From assembly GCA_963847705.1 (NCBI GenBank), contig CAWKBC010000014.1, positions 96,001-160,000 on the forward strand: a stretch of DNA of 64,000 nt. Direction: 5' to 3'. The translations under genes were made by a program, and so were the position numbers. Position 1 is the first letter of the stretch, and each line of letters opens with the position of its first letter. This DNA is from an uncultured Pseudomonadota bacterium (lineage in GTDB: Bacteria > Myxococcota_A > Polyangia > Fen-1088). The notes beneath the pieces are model-generated. The model saw only the letters and a program-made list of their open reading frames with translations. It had not been told where the DNA came from and ran no database searches. Below, piece after piece: positions 41,642-50,911 of this stretch.

Positions 41642-41752
41642 TTCGAGACTAGCGCCCACTAGTCATAGATCCTGGAACCCGGCTGGTCTTAGTCGCGGCG
41701 CGCCCGGACGCGGAGGTCGTTGAGATGACGGTCTCTGCTGGGTTGGGCGAGG

Positions 41753-41768
41753 TGGCACGATCGCTGCT
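41753..41768 (+). promoter_or_regulatory. Putative sigma54 -24/-12 promoter
   Basis: TGGCACG-ATCG-CTGCT has the GG-N10-GC spacing; about 30 nt upstream of ATG 41797. Confidence 0.65.
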
Positions 41769-41796
41769 TTGTCCGTGGCGTCGTTTTCAGACGACC

Positions 41797-41955
41797 ATGA
41801 CCACGACGAGGAAGAGCACGGACCTGAAAGCGAGGACGACGATCGAGCTCGGCGGTCTCAACGCCACCAACCACACCTGCGCTGGTCTCGAGGTCCGCCA
41901 GCCAGGCAACGCCGCGTCGCCATCGATCACAACTGCGGCGCCGGTCTCGTCTTGA
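41797..41955 (+). CDS. Short degenerate paralog of the repeat precursor (possibly a pseudogene)
   Basis: MTTTRKSTD-LKARTTIELGG-LNATNHTCAG-LEVR aligns with LKVKSTIKAGG-LGTANHNRSA-LKVR; a second unit-like segment (VAIDHNCGAGLVLRS) follows in a shifted frame. Confidence 0.55.
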   Translation: MTTTRKSTDLKARTTIELGGLNATNHTCAGLEVRQPGNAASPSITTAAPVSS

Positions 41956-42033
41956 GATCGAGCCACGCTCTCCACACCCTCGTCAGCAGAACCGCGTCGA
42001 GCGTTTACAGAGTCAGGTTCGCCAAGAAACATT

Positions 42034-42055
42034 GAGAGAGAACTCGGTCTCTCTC
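42034..42055. other. 8-bp inverted repeat (hairpin or operator)
   Basis: gagagaga-actcgg-tctctctc. Confidence 0.4.
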
Positions 42056-42224
42056 GACGGATCACGCAGCATTTTCGGTGAGCGAGAACGCGACGTGAGT
42101 TCGGGTATCGCAGGCTCACGAAAATAGTTCACGCATATCGCGTTTTCTCTGCGGCCTCACGCCGATCTCACCGCCGGTCTTCGTTCGTTCCCACGCGGGC
42201 CACCAGTTCGTCGACAAGAAACAA

Positions 42225-42238
42225 CACGATCGATCGTG
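42225..42238. promoter_or_regulatory. Perfect 14-bp palindrome, candidate activator-binding site
   Basis: CACGATCGATCGTG, about 110 bp upstream of the second -24 element. Confidence 0.35.
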
Positions 42239-42345
42239 ATTAGCGTCCGCTAGTCACAGATCTCGGAAGTCTCTTGGTCAGAGGCTCGCCACGCTCGCGT
42301 CTCCAAATCGTCGGAAAATCTGGCTCGCTTTTATCGCGACCGCTA

Positions 42346-42361
42346 TGGCACGGTCGCTGCA
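42346..42361 (+). promoter_or_regulatory. Putative sigma54 -24/-12 promoter
   Basis: TGGCACG-GTCG-CTGCA, about 60 nt upstream of ATG 42421 (AGGGAG RBS). Confidence 0.72.
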
Positions 42362-42420
42362 ACTCCGTGAGGTGTTCACGGAAAAAAACCTCGAGCAAAA
42401 AAATCAGGGAGACCACGATC

Positions 42421-43119
42421 ATGAAGACCACGACGACGACCACGACCGGCCTGAAGGTGAAGAGCGCGATCAAGGCTGGTGGCGGGCCTGGCTCGCTTGT
42501 CGCCAATCACAATCGCTCCGCACTCAAGGTCAAGTCGACGATCAAGGCCGGTGGACTCGGCACCGCCAATCACAATCGCTCCGCACTCAAGGTCAGGTCA
42601 GCGATCAGGGCCGGCGCCGTCGACGTACTGTCGGCCAACCACAGTCGCTCCGCACTCAAGGTCAAGTCAGCGATCAGGGCCGGCGCCGTCGACGTACTGT
42701 CGGCCAACCACAATCGCTCCGCACTCAAGGTCAGGTCAGCGATCAAGGCCGGCGGACTCGGCACCGCCAACCACAATCGCTCCGCACTCAAGGTCAGGTC
42801 AGCGATCAAGGCCGGCGGACTCGGCACCGCCAATCACAATCGCTCCGCACTCAAGGTCAAGTCAGCGATCAAGGCCGGCGGACTCGGCACCGCCAATCAC
42901 AATCGCTCCGCACTCAAGGTCAAGTCAGCGATCAAGGCCGGCGGACTCGGCACCGCCAATCACAATCGCTCCGCACTCAAGGTCAGGTCAGCGATCAAGG
43001 CCGGCGGACTCGGCACCGCCAATCACAATCGCTCCGCACTCAAGGTCAAGTCGACGATCAAGGCCGGCGGACTCGGCACCGCCAATCACAATCGCTCCGC
43101 ACTCAAGGTCAAGGAGTAG
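42421..43119 (+). CDS. Multi-repeat candidate peptide precursor (10 leader+core units, 232 aa)
   Basis: LKV(K/R)S(A/T)I(K/R)AG followed by GGPGSLVANHNRSA (x1), GLGTANHNRSA (x7) or AVDVLSANH(S/N)RSA (x2); good RBS; all repeats in frame. Confidence 0.85.
   Translation: MKTTTTTTTGLKVKSAIKAGGGPGSLVANHNRSALKVKSTIKAGGLGTANHNRSALKVRSAIRAGAVDVLSANHSRSALKVKSAIRAGAVDVLSANHNRSALKVRSAIKAGGLGTANHNRSALKVRSAIKAGGLGTANHNRSALKVKSAIKAGGLGTANHNRSALKVKSAIKAGGLGTANHNRSALKVRSAIKAGGLGTANHNRSALKVKSTIKAGGLGTANHNRSALKVKE
42451..43113 (+). repeat. Coding tandem repeat with 63/69/72-bp units
   Basis: Recurrent cacaatcgctccgcactcaaggtca; all unit lengths are multiples of 3. Confidence 0.95.
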
Positions 43120-43171
43120 TCAACGTAGGCGGCACGGGAGATGCTGGGGGCCATCCACATCGGATCCCAAC

Positions 43172-45862
43172 TCAGATAGCACGACGTCCAACATCGGCCT
43201 GCGCCGATTCGTGCTTTTGAAGCCACGCTTCCACCTGCGCCAGATTCTTACCGAGGGCCGCCTTCTCGTACACGGCTCGAGCGTCCTCTGCCAGTCGACG
43301 AGCGCGGCTCTGTTCTCGGCCCGATTCCCACAGCGCCTTTGCAAGGGCGAACCAAGTGTCGGCCCGATCGATCGGATCAACACCATCCTGGTCCCCGCGC
43401 ATCTTGACGGCCCGCTCTAGCGGCTCGACTGCAGCAGCGCCTCGCCCTTCCGTCAGATAGCCGATACCGATTCCAGTCAAGGAATAGGCGAGGACCGGTG
43501 CTTCCTTGCCGAGCTCGCGCTGCCAGATGGCGATCGCCTCTTCGAACGATCGCCGCGCCTCGTCCGGTTTGCCAAGGGCGTTGAGAATTTCGCCGCGATT
43601 GTTCAGCTGACTGGCCAAGTCCGGGTGTCCTGGACCGAGCCTTTTGACCTGGATTTCGATCGATCGCTCGACGTGAACCAACGCTTCTTCGTTCCGACCA
43701 GCGCCCTCTAGCACGTAGCCAAGGTTCCCTTCGGACTTCCCGACATCAGGATGATCCGGGCCCAGCAGGGCCTTCTTGAGCGCCAGTCCTTCTGTGAGCG
43801 CCTGTACGCCTGACTCCGTATCGCGGTGGACAGCGTAGGCACATCCGAGGTTGTTGAGCGCCCACGCTCTTAACAACTCGTGTCCGCCGAGCCGCTTGAG
43901 CACCGCGTTCGCGGTCACGAACCATCTCTTGGAGTCCTCAAGCCGTGCTTCTTGATCCCCCACCACGAAGACCAGTGTGGTCGCAACCTCGGCACGGATC
44001 TCGTCGTGCCGTGACGCGTCCGCAAGACTGTAGGCCTCGACCAACGCTTTCTCGGCAGCGTGGGGGTCGTTGGTTCTCTGTTTCATTGTCCCGAAGAGTC
44101 CCAGAGATTCTGCCAGCAGCGGCTCATAGCCGACCGTGCGAGCTTCCAAAACCAGTGCTGGTGCGTTCTGCAGCGTCTCTTTCCACCTTCCGGCATCGAA
44201 TCGCGCTTTCGTTTCCGCCATCCGCTTCCGCAGATCCGCCACCTTAGCCACCTTAGCCGGATCGTCGGGTGGCCGAACGACGGCTCGCAGCGTCGGAACG
44301 TCCGCGCAGCGGTCGAGCGTCGCAAGGGCGTTCGTCGCGGAAACAGCATTCTCGACGACCTCTCCCGTGGCGTCGGCGAATACATCCGTGAGGGCGTGGA
44401 ATCCGTTGAGTCGCTCGTTCAGGCAGGACATACGCAAGTCCAGCACCTCCGGGGACTGCTCATGGCGGAGCTGCGTCGCCTCGCAAGTCTGCTTGTACAT
44501 GTTCGCCCAAGTCTGGGCGTAGCCGGTCATCGCGCGCGTGACCGTTTCGTAGACGTCGGCGGCGTAGCTCTTTCCCGTCCGCATGAATGCGGCATGAATC
44601 TGAGACTGCCGCGGGGTCTCGGGTTGATCGGGCGGGTGAAGCTCCCAAATGCCCGCCAACTTCTCGCCGGCGCCGTCGCAAAGGGCCCGCCTGTCGATCA
44701 AGCTCTGGCGGACCCCGAGGCCGACCAACACCGGCAGCATCGCCACCGTCGCACCAACCGCCCACTTTCGCCGTTCCGCGCGCGGGTCTTTGCCGAGCGC
44801 GGCGAGCAGCTCCGCCATCGACGGATATCGCTCCGCCGGCGCCGAGCGCAAACCGCGCAGCAAGATCCGGCGTACCCAGAATGGCACCTTCGTTCCGGGC
44901 GGCGCGGAGCGGATGGTCCCCTGCACGACGTTCGCGGTCAACTCGGTCAGTTTTTTCCCCGGGAACGGCCGCTCTCCGTAGAGCGACTCGTAGAGCGCCA
45001 CGCAGAAACTGAACTGATCGGTGCGCGCGTCGGTCTCTTTGCCGAAGAACTGCTCGGGCGCCATGTACGCGGGCGTCCCCATCATCGCGCCGGTCCGCGT
45101 GAGGCGCGCGTCGAACAGGCCGGAGACCGACGACTGCATCTCGGCGCCCGAATCGGCCAGGCCGGGATTGAGCACCAACGTCCCTTCGTCGACCGGAAGT
45201 GCACCTCGATCACGTAGCGGCACCCCGTTGTCGAGTGGCAGCGTCCCAGTGCCGACCTCGATGTCTCCGCGCTTCTGCCCTGGGGAGGTGGCACGCGCGC
45301 GGTGCTCCTTGAGGCCGGGCTTGTCGATCTGGCGCGCCAGACCGAAGTCCATGACGCGGACCTGGCCGTCGCGGCCGACCATCACGTTGTCGGGCTTGAA
45401 GTCTCGGTGGACGAGACCCTTCTCGTGCGCCGCGGTCAGACCGCGTCCCGCCGAGATGAAGATGCGCAGGATCTCCTGCCAGGTGCGCGGCTTCTGCTCC
45501 AGCCAGAAGGTCACGGTGTTCCCCTCGACGAACTCCATCGCGATGAAGACCTTGTCTTCGAACGTGCCGACGTCGTAGACGACGACCACGTTGGGATCCG
45601 ACAGGCGCGCGATCGCCTGCGCCTCGCGCAGGGTCCGCTGGCGCCCCTCCGTCATCGAGACGCCGTTGCCGGCCTTGACCCGCAGCAGCTTGACCGCGAC
45701 CTTGCGATCGAGCTCCGGATCGTACGCGGCGTAGACCTCGCCCATCCCACCGCGTCCCACCAGCCCCAGCACGACGTAGCGGCCGATGATCGCGCCGCGC
45801 CCGAGCGGCGTGGCGGCCGAATCGATCGGAATGTGCGAGGGGGTGGGGTTCGTCTTCGACAT
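43172..45862 (-). CDS. Transmembrane Ser/Thr protein kinase with C-terminal TPR repeats
   Basis: GRGGMGEVY, VAVK, HRDFKPDN, DFGLA, GTPAYMAPE, TM, then LGPDHPD-type TPRs. Confidence 0.93.
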   Translation of the reverse strand: MSKTNPTPSHIPIDSAATPLGRGAIIGRYVVLGLVGRGGMGEVYAAYDPELDRKVAVKLLRVKAGNGVSMTEGRQRTLREAQAIARLSDPNVVVVYDVGTFEDKVFIAMEFVEGNTVTFWLEQKPRTWQEILRIFISAGRGLTAAHEKGLVHRDFKPDNVMVGRDGQVRVMDFGLARQIDKPGLKEHRARATSPGQKRGDIEVGTGTLPLDNGVPLRDRGALPVDEGTLVLNPGLADSGAEMQSSVSGLFDARLTRTGAMMGTPAYMAPEQFFGKETDARTDQFSFCVALYESLYGERPFPGKKLTELTANVVQGTIRSAPPGTKVPFWVRRILLRGLRSAPAERYPSMAELLAALGKDPRAERRKWAVGATVAMLPVLVGLGVRQSLIDRRALCDGAGEKLAGIWELHPPDQPETPRQSQIHAAFMRTGKSYAADVYETVTRAMTGYAQTWANMYKQTCEATQLRHEQSPEVLDLRMSCLNERLNGFHALTDVFADATGEVVENAVSATNALATLDRCADVPTLRAVVRPPDDPAKVAKVADLRKRMAETKARFDAGRWKETLQNAPALVLEARTVGYEPLLAESLGLFGTMKQRTNDPHAAEKALVEAYSLADASRHDEIRAEVATTLVFVVGDQEARLEDSKRWFVTANAVLKRLGGHELLRAWALNNLGCAYAVHRDTESGVQALTEGLALKKALLGPDHPDVGKSEGNLGYVLEGAGRNEEALVHVERSIEIQVKRLGPGHPDLASQLNNRGEILNALGKPDEARRSFEEAIAIWQRELGKEAPVLAYSLTGIGIGYLTEGRGAAAVEPLERAVKMRGDQDGVDPIDRADTWFALAKALWESGREQSRARRLAEDARAVYEKAALGKNLAQVEAWLQKHESAQADVGRRAI

Positions 45863-45988
45863 CTAGAGGATGGGCCCCCTATATCGACGAATCCGGAAGC
45901 GAAACTGAGGGCTACCGTCCGACATCAACCCACACCTCGTCGGTCAACAACGGGGCCCACTTTAACGCGATGAGCCCGCGATCACGAA

Positions 45989-48109
45989 CTATGGGTGCGC
46001 GATGACGATCAAAGTCTCAGCCCGACTGAGCACGCAGGCGAGCGCGCGCTCGAGCGTCTCCGGGTCGAGCGCGGCGAAGCTCTCGTCGAGGATGCGGGCG
46101 TCGAGCGGCTGCAAAAGCGAACGCGCAATGTAGAGCCGCCCGCGCTCGCCGTGCGACAGCTGCCAGCCGCTCTCGCCGACCAGCTGCTCGAGCCCCGACG
46201 GCATGCGCCCGAGGAGCGGCCCGAGGTCGAGCTCGCGGCAGATCGCTTCGGCCTCCGCGACGTCCTCGCGGCGCGGGGGCCAGGCGCGTCCGAGCAGCAG
46301 ATTGAAGAGGAGGCTGGCGGAGAAGACGTGGTTCTCGTGGAACTGCGGCGCCGCGCCCACGCGCGCCCGCCAGCGCTCGTCGCCGAGCGCGCTCCGGTCG
46401 ATCCCGTCGAGCTGCAGGCTCCCCGAGGAGGGCGCCCTCAGCCCGCAGAGCAGCGCCGCGAGCGTCGACTTGCCGCCGCCCGAGGGGCCTTCGAGCAGCA
46501 CCCGATCGCCGCGCCGAATCTCGAGCGCGCAGTCGTCGAGCACCGGCTCGCGGCGTCCGGGGTAGCGGAAGCCCAGGGCGCGGGCCGCGATGAGCACGCC
46601 CCCGTCGGTGGCGGGCACCGCCGGTGAGGCGGGCGACGAAGTGGCCAAGGAAGTCGCCGACGAAGTCGCCGAGGAAATTGCGGCGCTCGGGCGCGCGGCC
46701 GTCGCGTCGCCCGCCAGCAGATCGCCGATGTTCCGCCAGGCGATCGCCGCGGCGCCGAGCGCGGGGAAGGCCCGCGCCAACTTGCGGAGCGCGCTGGTGA
46801 CGAAGAGGAGGCCGCCCAGGCTGGCGGCGAACGCGCCCGGGCGCTGCGTCGCCTCGCCGAATCGCGGCGCCAGGATGACGAGGGCGCCGATCAGGAAACC
46901 GCGCGGCACGACCACGGTCAGCGCAGCGACCGCGCGATCGAGCGCGCGGCCTCGCGACGAATAGAGGGCGAGCGCGCGGTCCTCGTCGCGGTGCCACAGC
47001 TCGCTCGGCTGCTGCGCGACCAGCGTCCGTTGCCCGACCATGCGTTCGACGAGATCGTGCGTGAGCGCCAGCCGCTCGGCCGACCAGGCCCGGAGCGACC
47101 GCTGCACGCGCGCCGCGAGCGCCGCGGCCAGGAGTCCCCAGGTTGCCGCGAAGACCAGCTCGCCGACCGGCGCCACGCCGACCGCCAGCACGCAGAGGCC
47201 GGTGGCAAGCTCGAAGAGCCCCACCGCCGCAGTGAGGCCACCGCCGAGCGCCAGCGATTCGACCGCCTCGACGTCGGCGACACGCCCCATGAGCCGGCCG
47301 ATCCCGGCCGCGCGCAGCGGCTCGGTGTCGAGGCGCAAGAGGCCGTGCAGGATCCGATCGCGCAGCACCGCGCCGGCATCGATCGCCAGCCGGCCGGCCG
47401 CGCGCGACGAGGCGAGACGGACGGCGGCCAGGAGTGCGATGAGGGCGATCCACCCCCAGCCACCGCCCCCGAGGCTGCTCGCCCTCACGGCGCGCGCGCC
47501 GATCGTCCCCCAGAGCGCGACCAGCAGCGCGAGCTGCCCGACATAGCCCAGGAGCGCCGCCCCCAACCGGCGCCCGACGCCGGCGGCGCGCAGGGCCGCG
47601 CCGATCGAACGCCGCGCAGGGCGGAGCCGCGCCCCTTCGGCCACCCGCTCACCTCCGAGCGCCGCGGCCAGCAACGCCGCGCGCACGGATTCGGCGCGCG
47701 CCCCGGCGAAGCCCGCCTGCGCCACCGCCGCCTCCACGCCCGTCGGCGACGAGGCTTCGACCGGCGCGCGCAACAGCGCCGACAGCGCCGCGCTCGCGCG
47801 GACGGCGACGGTGCCGCCCGGGACCAGCAGACGCACGTCGGTGCCGGCGTGGCCGACGAGCCCCAGGAGCGCGCCCGCGCCGCCCCCCACGCGCAGAACC
47901 GCGGGCGCTTCGGCGCGCGCCCGCGACGTGAACACCGGCGCGACATCGGCGTAGCTGAGCTCGAAGCGATCGGATGGCCCTGGCTGCGCGATCCCGGCCG
48001 CCAACGCCAGCGCCGCGGTCAGCTCGTCGCGGCGCTCGAGTGGCCACAAGCAGTCGTCCAAGCTGCTGTTCGAGCCGGCGTTCGCCTTGGCTTCCCAGCG
48101 GGCGCTCAC
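45989..48109 (-). CDS. ABC transporter permease/ATPase, partner of the C39 transporter
   Basis: TMD, GPSGGGKST, LSHGERGR, ILDESFAALD; start overlaps the upstream stop; no C39 catalytic motif seen. Confidence 0.87.
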   Translation of the reverse strand: MSARWEAKANAGSNSSLDDCLWPLERRDELTAALALAAGIAQPGPSDRFELSYADVAPVFTSRARAEAPAVLRVGGGAGALLGLVGHAGTDVRLLVPGGTVAVRASAALSALLRAPVEASSPTGVEAAVAQAGFAGARAESVRAALLAAALGGERVAEGARLRPARRSIGAALRAAGVGRRLGAALLGYVGQLALLVALWGTIGARAVRASSLGGGGWGWIALIALLAAVRLASSRAAGRLAIDAGAVLRDRILHGLLRLDTEPLRAAGIGRLMGRVADVEAVESLALGGGLTAAVGLFELATGLCVLAVGVAPVGELVFAATWGLLAAALAARVQRSLRAWSAERLALTHDLVERMVGQRTLVAQQPSELWHRDEDRALALYSSRGRALDRAVAALTVVVPRGFLIGALVILAPRFGEATQRPGAFAASLGGLLFVTSALRKLARAFPALGAAAIAWRNIGDLLAGDATAARPSAAISSATSSATSLATSSPASPAVPATDGGVLIAARALGFRYPGRREPVLDDCALEIRRGDRVLLEGPSGGGKSTLAALLCGLRAPSSGSLQLDGIDRSALGDERWRARVGAAPQFHENHVFSASLLFNLLLGRAWPPRREDVAEAEAICRELDLGPLLGRMPSGLEQLVGESGWQLSHGERGRLYIARSLLQPLDARILDESFAALDPETLERALACVLSRAETLIVIAHP

Positions 48110-50881
48110 CGCGGCCGCTCCACGATCCGGCGCTCTTCGAGCCGCAGCCGGCGCCAGCGCTCACCCGACCAGGCCGCCGCCCGCACCCGCCGCTCGGCGT
48201 CGGCCAGCGCCGCATAACGCGAGCCCGGCTGCGCGAGCAGCGCCGCGGGGGCGCCGTCCTCGGCGACGCGGCCGTCCGCGATCACCAGGACGCGCGGAAA
48301 GGCCGCCGTCTCGTCGATGTCGTGGGTCACGCAAAACAGCGTCGCCGAGGACCAGCGGCGCCGCGCCCGCGCCAGCAGAGCCTGGCGCTGGTCGCGCGAG
48401 AGCCCCCGGAACGGCTCGTCGAGGATCACCAGCCGCGGCCGCTCGCGCAAAAGCCCGCGCCCGAACCGCACCCGCTGTCCTTCGCCGCCCGACACCAGGC
48501 CGCCCGCCTCGCCGAGCGGCGTCGCGAGCCCCTCGGGCAGCCGGCGCACCACCTCGCCGAGCTCCGCCTCGTCGAGCACGGCGCCGAACGCGTCGGGGGT
48601 GGCCGCCAGGCCGAACGCCAGGTTGTCGGCCAGCGACCGGTTCCAGAGATAGACGGCGGGATCGATCCAGACGGTCCGGCGGCGCAGCGCCTCGATCCCG
48701 GCGCCGTCGAGCGGCGCCCCGTCGATGCGGACCGTGCCGGTCGCCGGCCGGTGCCATCCGAGCAGCAGCCCCACCAGGCTCGATTTGCCGGCGCCCGACG
48801 CACCGACGATCGCCACCGCCTCTCCGGGCGCGATCGCCAGCGCGCCGACCTCGAGGATTCTGGTGACCGCCGGCCACCACGCGCACGTCGTCGAGCTGAA
48901 TGCGCACACCCGGCCTGACGTCGTCGGCAGGCGCGCCGGCGTCTTCTGTGGGCGTGGTCTGTGCGGCTCGAGCGGCGCCCGCGGCGTCGTCCTCGGGGGC
49001 GCCGAGCGGCTCGAGCAGCCGCAGGGTGAGGTTGCGCTGGGCCGGGATCTGCTGGACCAACGCGGTCAGCTCCTGGCCGAGCGCCGGCAACGACAGCGCC
49101 CAGTAGACGAGCAGCAGCGCCGTGCCGGGATCTGCCGTCGCGGCCGTCGCCGCTCCACGCCCGAAGAAGCCCACCAGCAGCCGCACCGCCAGCGCGAGCC
49201 CGAGCAGCGTCTGCGCGGCCTCCGCCGTCAGCGCCGCGCCGAGCGCCCGCCGCGCGGCCGCCACCCATTCCCGCAGGCGATCGCGATGCTCCCGCGCCAG
49301 CGCAGGCTCGCCGCCGTGCGTGCGCACCGCCACCAGCCCCAGCAGCCCGTCGAGGTAGAAGCGCCCCAACGCGCCCGCGTGGTTGCGCATCCGCAGATCG
49401 CGCTCCGCCACGGCCGGCTCGGCGACGAACGGGACCAGCAGCGCGACCAGCCCGAGCGCGATCGCCAACCCCGCGCCGCGCGGGTCGAGCCAGGCCAGTC
49501 CACCCGCGACGACCACGATCTCGATCCCGGTGCGGGCAATCTCTCCGCCCAGCGTCGGGAGCGCGCGCAGTCGGTGCAGGAGGTGCGCGCGCTCGGCCAT
49601 GTCCGAGACCGGTCGGCTCTGGAAGTAGCGATCTGGCAGGCGTGGAATCTTGCGCAGGTAGAGCGCGCGCAGCCGCTCCTCGAGCCGGGCCCCCGCGCGG
49701 CGCAAGCTCCCCGCCAGCGGGAGCTCGAGCGCGAGCAGCGCCACCAGCAGCACCACGATCGCCCCCGCGAGCGCCCGGGGACTGCGCGGCGCGCCGCCGA
49801 GGGCGTGGCCGGCGAGGCGCGAGAGGAATCCGGCGCTGCCGGCGCCATCCCCCACCGCGAGATCGATGAGCGCCCGGAACAGCAGGGCTTCGGCGACGGC
49901 GCCCAGCGCCGCCAGCACGACCCCGACGGCGAGCGCGGCCCAGCGCCCGCGCCCGTCGCGGACCAGCAGGCGCCAGAGCTCGGCCGCGGCGCGCGGGCGC
50001 GGCTCCTCGACGGCGGCGCGCAGCTCGGCCGGCAACGCCGCCTTCCGGACGTCGTCGAGCGGCCTGGCCGCCGACGCCCGCAGCAGGACGGCGCCGCGGA
50101 CCGTGACCTGCGCGGTGCCGTCCTCGGCGGCGGGCGCAGCCGAGGCGGTGGCGTAGATGGGCGGCACCAAGGGAGGTCCGTCGTCGCCCGCCCGGGCGAA
50201 CGCCAGCGAGTTGACCAGGCCGCCGGCTTCGGCGCCGGATGAGACCGCACCCGAGGCCACCAGCGCGGCGACCGTTCGTGTCGCGCCGTCGAGCGCGGCG
50301 ATCGCCGACCAGCCCGCATCGTCGAGAGCGCGGGCGATCAGCGCTTCGCCATCCGGCGCTCCCAGCGCGCGCAGCCGGTGAGCGAGCGGGCGGGTGAACG
50401 CGTCGCTGGCGGCGAACTCGCGGAAGGCGTCGGCGGGAACCGACATCCGGTGCACGTAGACGTCACGCAGGAACGTCTCGCGCCGCACCCACCGCCGCCC
50501 CCGCGCCGGGTCCATGACCTGCACGAAGCCGCCGTGCACGCGCCAGACGACCACGAAGTGAACCAGCCCCGACGGCAACCGCGTCACGACGATGGCGGGC
50601 AGCGCCTCCGCCTCGGCGAGCAGCAGGTGGTCGACCGGCATCATCACCTGCTCGGCGTCGAGCCCCAGGCTGGCCCCCAGCGTCTCCAGCGTGTCGATCG
50701 ACGTCCCGTCGACGGAGGTCTGGCAGGCCTCGCGCAGGCGGCCGTAGCTGACGCCGACGCCAAAGCCCTCCAGCAGGCACTTCAGGGCCGCCGGCCCACA
50801 GTCCATCGCCGAGGTCTGAATCACCTCCGGCGCGAAGAATCGCCGTGAAGCTCGCGACGGCGACGACGGCGACGACGACAT
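48106..50881 (-). CDS. Peptidase C39-containing ABC transporter (PCAT), single-base frameshift near 48858
   Basis: QTSAMDCGPAAL (Cys), HFVVVW (His), VMDPARG (Asp), TMD; the NBD (GASGAGKS, VSGGEGQR, ILDEP) is in the next frame, joined by removing one base at GATTC 48856-48860. Confidence 0.88.
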
Positions 50882-50911
50882 TTGGGCCACCCACGCTACA
50901 ATGACGGCCCG

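Noticed and set aside
42274-42420. ORF-track N-terminal extension of the repeat protein
   Set aside because: It overlaps the promoter and an A-rich leader; ATG 42421 has the RBS.
42451-43113. CRISPR array or non-coding satellite
   Set aside because: The variable parts are short and mostly identical, unit lengths are multiples of 3, one frame is open with an RBS and promoter, and no cas genes are present.
42421-43119. Histone H1-like nucleoid protein
   Set aside because: It is Lys/Arg-rich but lacks PAAK/AKK-type repeats. The constant/variable cassette layout and nearby C39 transporter fit a precursor better. Not fully excluded.
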